NCBI GenBank assembly: GCA_012839865.1
Contig: DUMO01000051.1
Location: forward strand, 1-64,000
Origin: Clostridiaceae bacterium
GTDB lineage: Bacteria > Bacillota > Clostridia > CAYPLH01 > DUMO01
Direction of reading: 5' to 3'
DNA length: 64,000 nt
The position numbers and the translations under genes are program-made. How positions within the stretch are numbered: position 1 is the first letter of the stretch; each line of letters starts with the position of its first letter. Shown piece after piece: positions 62,406-64,000 of this stretch. The notes beneath the pieces are model-generated. The model was given only the letters and a program-made list of their open reading frames with translations, had not been told where the DNA came from and did not search any database.

Positions 62406-62581
62406 ATTCTTTGGCTGCAATAACTTGCATAATTTACACTGTTAAAATATAATATACTTGATTTCGGATGTTTAAAGCCTGCAACAAAGCGGCCAGGAAA
62501 ACAATTCTTCGATTTGTGGGACAAGTATTGCTCATGTTTTAAAATATTATTATTCAGGGAAACAGGTAAGGGGGTCATCAC

Positions 62582-63457
62582 TTGGACGGGCAGAGCAGAA
62601 TCTGTAATTATTGCAAGGAGGCTATTGATGTAAATTTAAGACGATGCCCATATTGCGGAAGCCTTCTTCGTAACACCGCAAAAGAAGGTGATGGGGATTT
62701 TTCTTTTAACGATAAAGTTGACATAAGCTTTGGAAATTTAAAATATGTTGAAAATATCAAAGGTGAAAGAGATGCCGAAAGAGTCGAAAGTGATGCTCAA
62801 AGTACTGAAAAAATCAAATACGAAAGCACAGTCGGCATTATAGAGGAAACAGCAGGAGAGGTAAGCCTGGAGGTTGCACCTGATTCTGAAAATGCAACTG
62901 ATCATGACAGCAGCGCACTTTTATCAGACCCAATAATCATTTCAGCGGAAACTTTTGATATGGAAAATTCCAAACCGGACATTGATATAAAAGATGATGA
63001 GCCTCAGGCCGGAAGTGCTTTTAAAACCGATGAATCCGAGGCTGGAAGCGTTAAAAAACCTCACGAACTTACGACCGGCAATGCCATAAAAACCGATGAA
63101 CCCCAAACAGGCAGCGTTGTTCAGGATGAATACAGCACAGCAAGGCATGAGCCAACTGCTGCAAAACAACTGCATGACATGGAGCGAAGCAGGGAAGTCT
63201 ATAATCGAAAGCCTAAAAGGAAACTTGGCAATGGCATGAAAGTCTTTCTAACAGTCCTGTGCACAATCATTCCAGGTATTGGTCAGTTGGCAGGTGTCAT
63301 TATCGGAATCGCTTTTATGGCTGCCGAGGATGATGATGACAGCAGAACCTTCGGGACGGCTTTAATGATAGCAAGCGTGATCATGTTTTTTATTTCATGT
63401 GTTTTTTATGCCATCCTGTCCATTCTTTTGGTGAACTATAACGTTTTTGGATGGTGA
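62582..63457 (+). CDS. Zinc-ribbon / acidic linker / two-TM membrane protein
   Basis: CNYC...CPYC at the N-terminus; two C-terminal hydrophobic helices. Confidence 0.75.
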   Translation: MDGQSRICNYCKEAIDVNLRRCPYCGSLLRNTAKEGDGDFSFNDKVDISFGNLKYVENIKGERDAERVESDAQSTEKIKYESTVGIIEETAGEVSLEVAPDSENATDHDSSALLSDPIIISAETFDMENSKPDIDIKDDEPQAGSAFKTDESEAGSVKKPHELTTGNAIKTDEPQTGSVVQDEYSTARHEPTAAKQLHDMERSREVYNRKPKRKLGNGMKVFLTVLCTIIPGIGQLAGVIIGIAFMAAEDDDDSRTFGTALMIASVIMFFISCVFYAILSILLVNYNVFGW

Positions 63458-63461
63458 TAAT

Positions 63462-64000
63462 TTGTATAGCGAGAAACAAAAAATACGAAAGCAGATGCTC
63501 TTGTTAAGGGACGGCATGACCCGGGAAGAGGTGGAGTTTCTCAGCAAAGAAATAATTGACAGAGTTTATTCAATGCAACAGTTTAAAGAAAGCAATCTTA
63601 TTATGTCATATGTAAACTTCAGAAATGAAGTCAAGACTGTTGATTTTATTGATAAATGCATTTCTTTGGGCAAGAAGGTTGCTGTTCCGAAAATTGTTGA
63701 TACCGGAGAAAAAAGACAGGAAATTATTGCGGTACAAATAACCGGAGTCAGTCACCTTGCAAAAGGAAAGTTTGGAATATTGGAGCCCGGTGAAAAGAAT
63801 TTAGCTGTGATTGACCCGTCATGTCTGGATTTTATTGTTGTTCCGGGTATCGCCTTTGATTTGAACAAAAACCGTTTGGGCTTCGGCAAAGGGTTCTATG
63901 ACAGGTTCCTGTCCCGCACAAACACCAGGTGCATTAAAGTTGGTCTGGCATACGAAATGCAAATAATCGAAAGTCTACCCTTCTCACATTATGATATACC
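63462..64000 (+). CDS. 5-formyltetrahydrofolate cyclo-ligase (runs off the window; not in ORF track)
   Basis: Hand translation MYSEKQKIRKQML...SYVNFRNEV...FGILEP...VVPGIAFD..KNRLGFGKGFYDRFL. Confidence 0.93.
   Translation, partial: MYSEKQKIRKQMLLLRDGMTREEVEFLSKEIIDRVYSMQQFKESNLIMSYVNFRNEVKTVDFIDKCISLGKKVAVPKIVDTGEKRQEIIAVQITGVSHLAKGKFGILEPGEKNLAVIDPSCLDFIVVPGIAFDLNKNRLGFGKGFYDRFLSRTNTRCIKVGLAYEMQIIESLPFSHYDI

Noticed and set aside
63380..63462. 6S RNA upstream of the 5-formyl-THF cyclo-ligase (enterobacterial synteny)
   Set aside because: The upstream CDS ends 4 nt before the start, leaving no room

Overview
AT-rich core-chromosome segment from an endospore-forming clostridium (gpr, spoVS, a sigma-H-like promoter, glnS next to gltX, fapR-plsX-fab cluster). 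An Acetivibrio/Ruminiclostridium-like relative is my inference from gene order. About 55 CDSs, mostly housekeeping: argS, ligA, glnS-gltX, comEC-holA-rpsT-gpr, ftsQ-sbp-ftsA-ftsZ, recA-recX-rimO-pgsA, fapR-plsX-fabHDG-acpP-fabF-rnc-spoVS-smc-ftsY-ylxM-ffh-rpsP-khpA, a GH57/DUF4912/GT4 alpha-glucan locus, rnj and tmcAL, plus one tRNA-Glu(CUC). I see no integrase, transposase, phage gene or CRISPR array. The most unusual zone is 24.7-29 kb: (i) a gatD-murT pair where the GatD catalytic Cys is replaced by Gly and MurT carries a 9-aa tandem-repeat insertion plus several motif substitutions; (ii) a 56-59 bp tandem array of double-hairpin REP-like units; (iii) directly after it, a murA lacking about 110 N-terminal codons behind a consensus sigma-A promoter. 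Also found: three copies of a roughly 150-175 bp MITE-like repeat, a 41-aa membrane peptide gene missed by the ORF track, an atypical S20, and an FtsA with degenerate ATP motifs. All calls come from reading the sequence; no database searches were run. Several start codons were moved from the ORF track to the codon with the better RBS.
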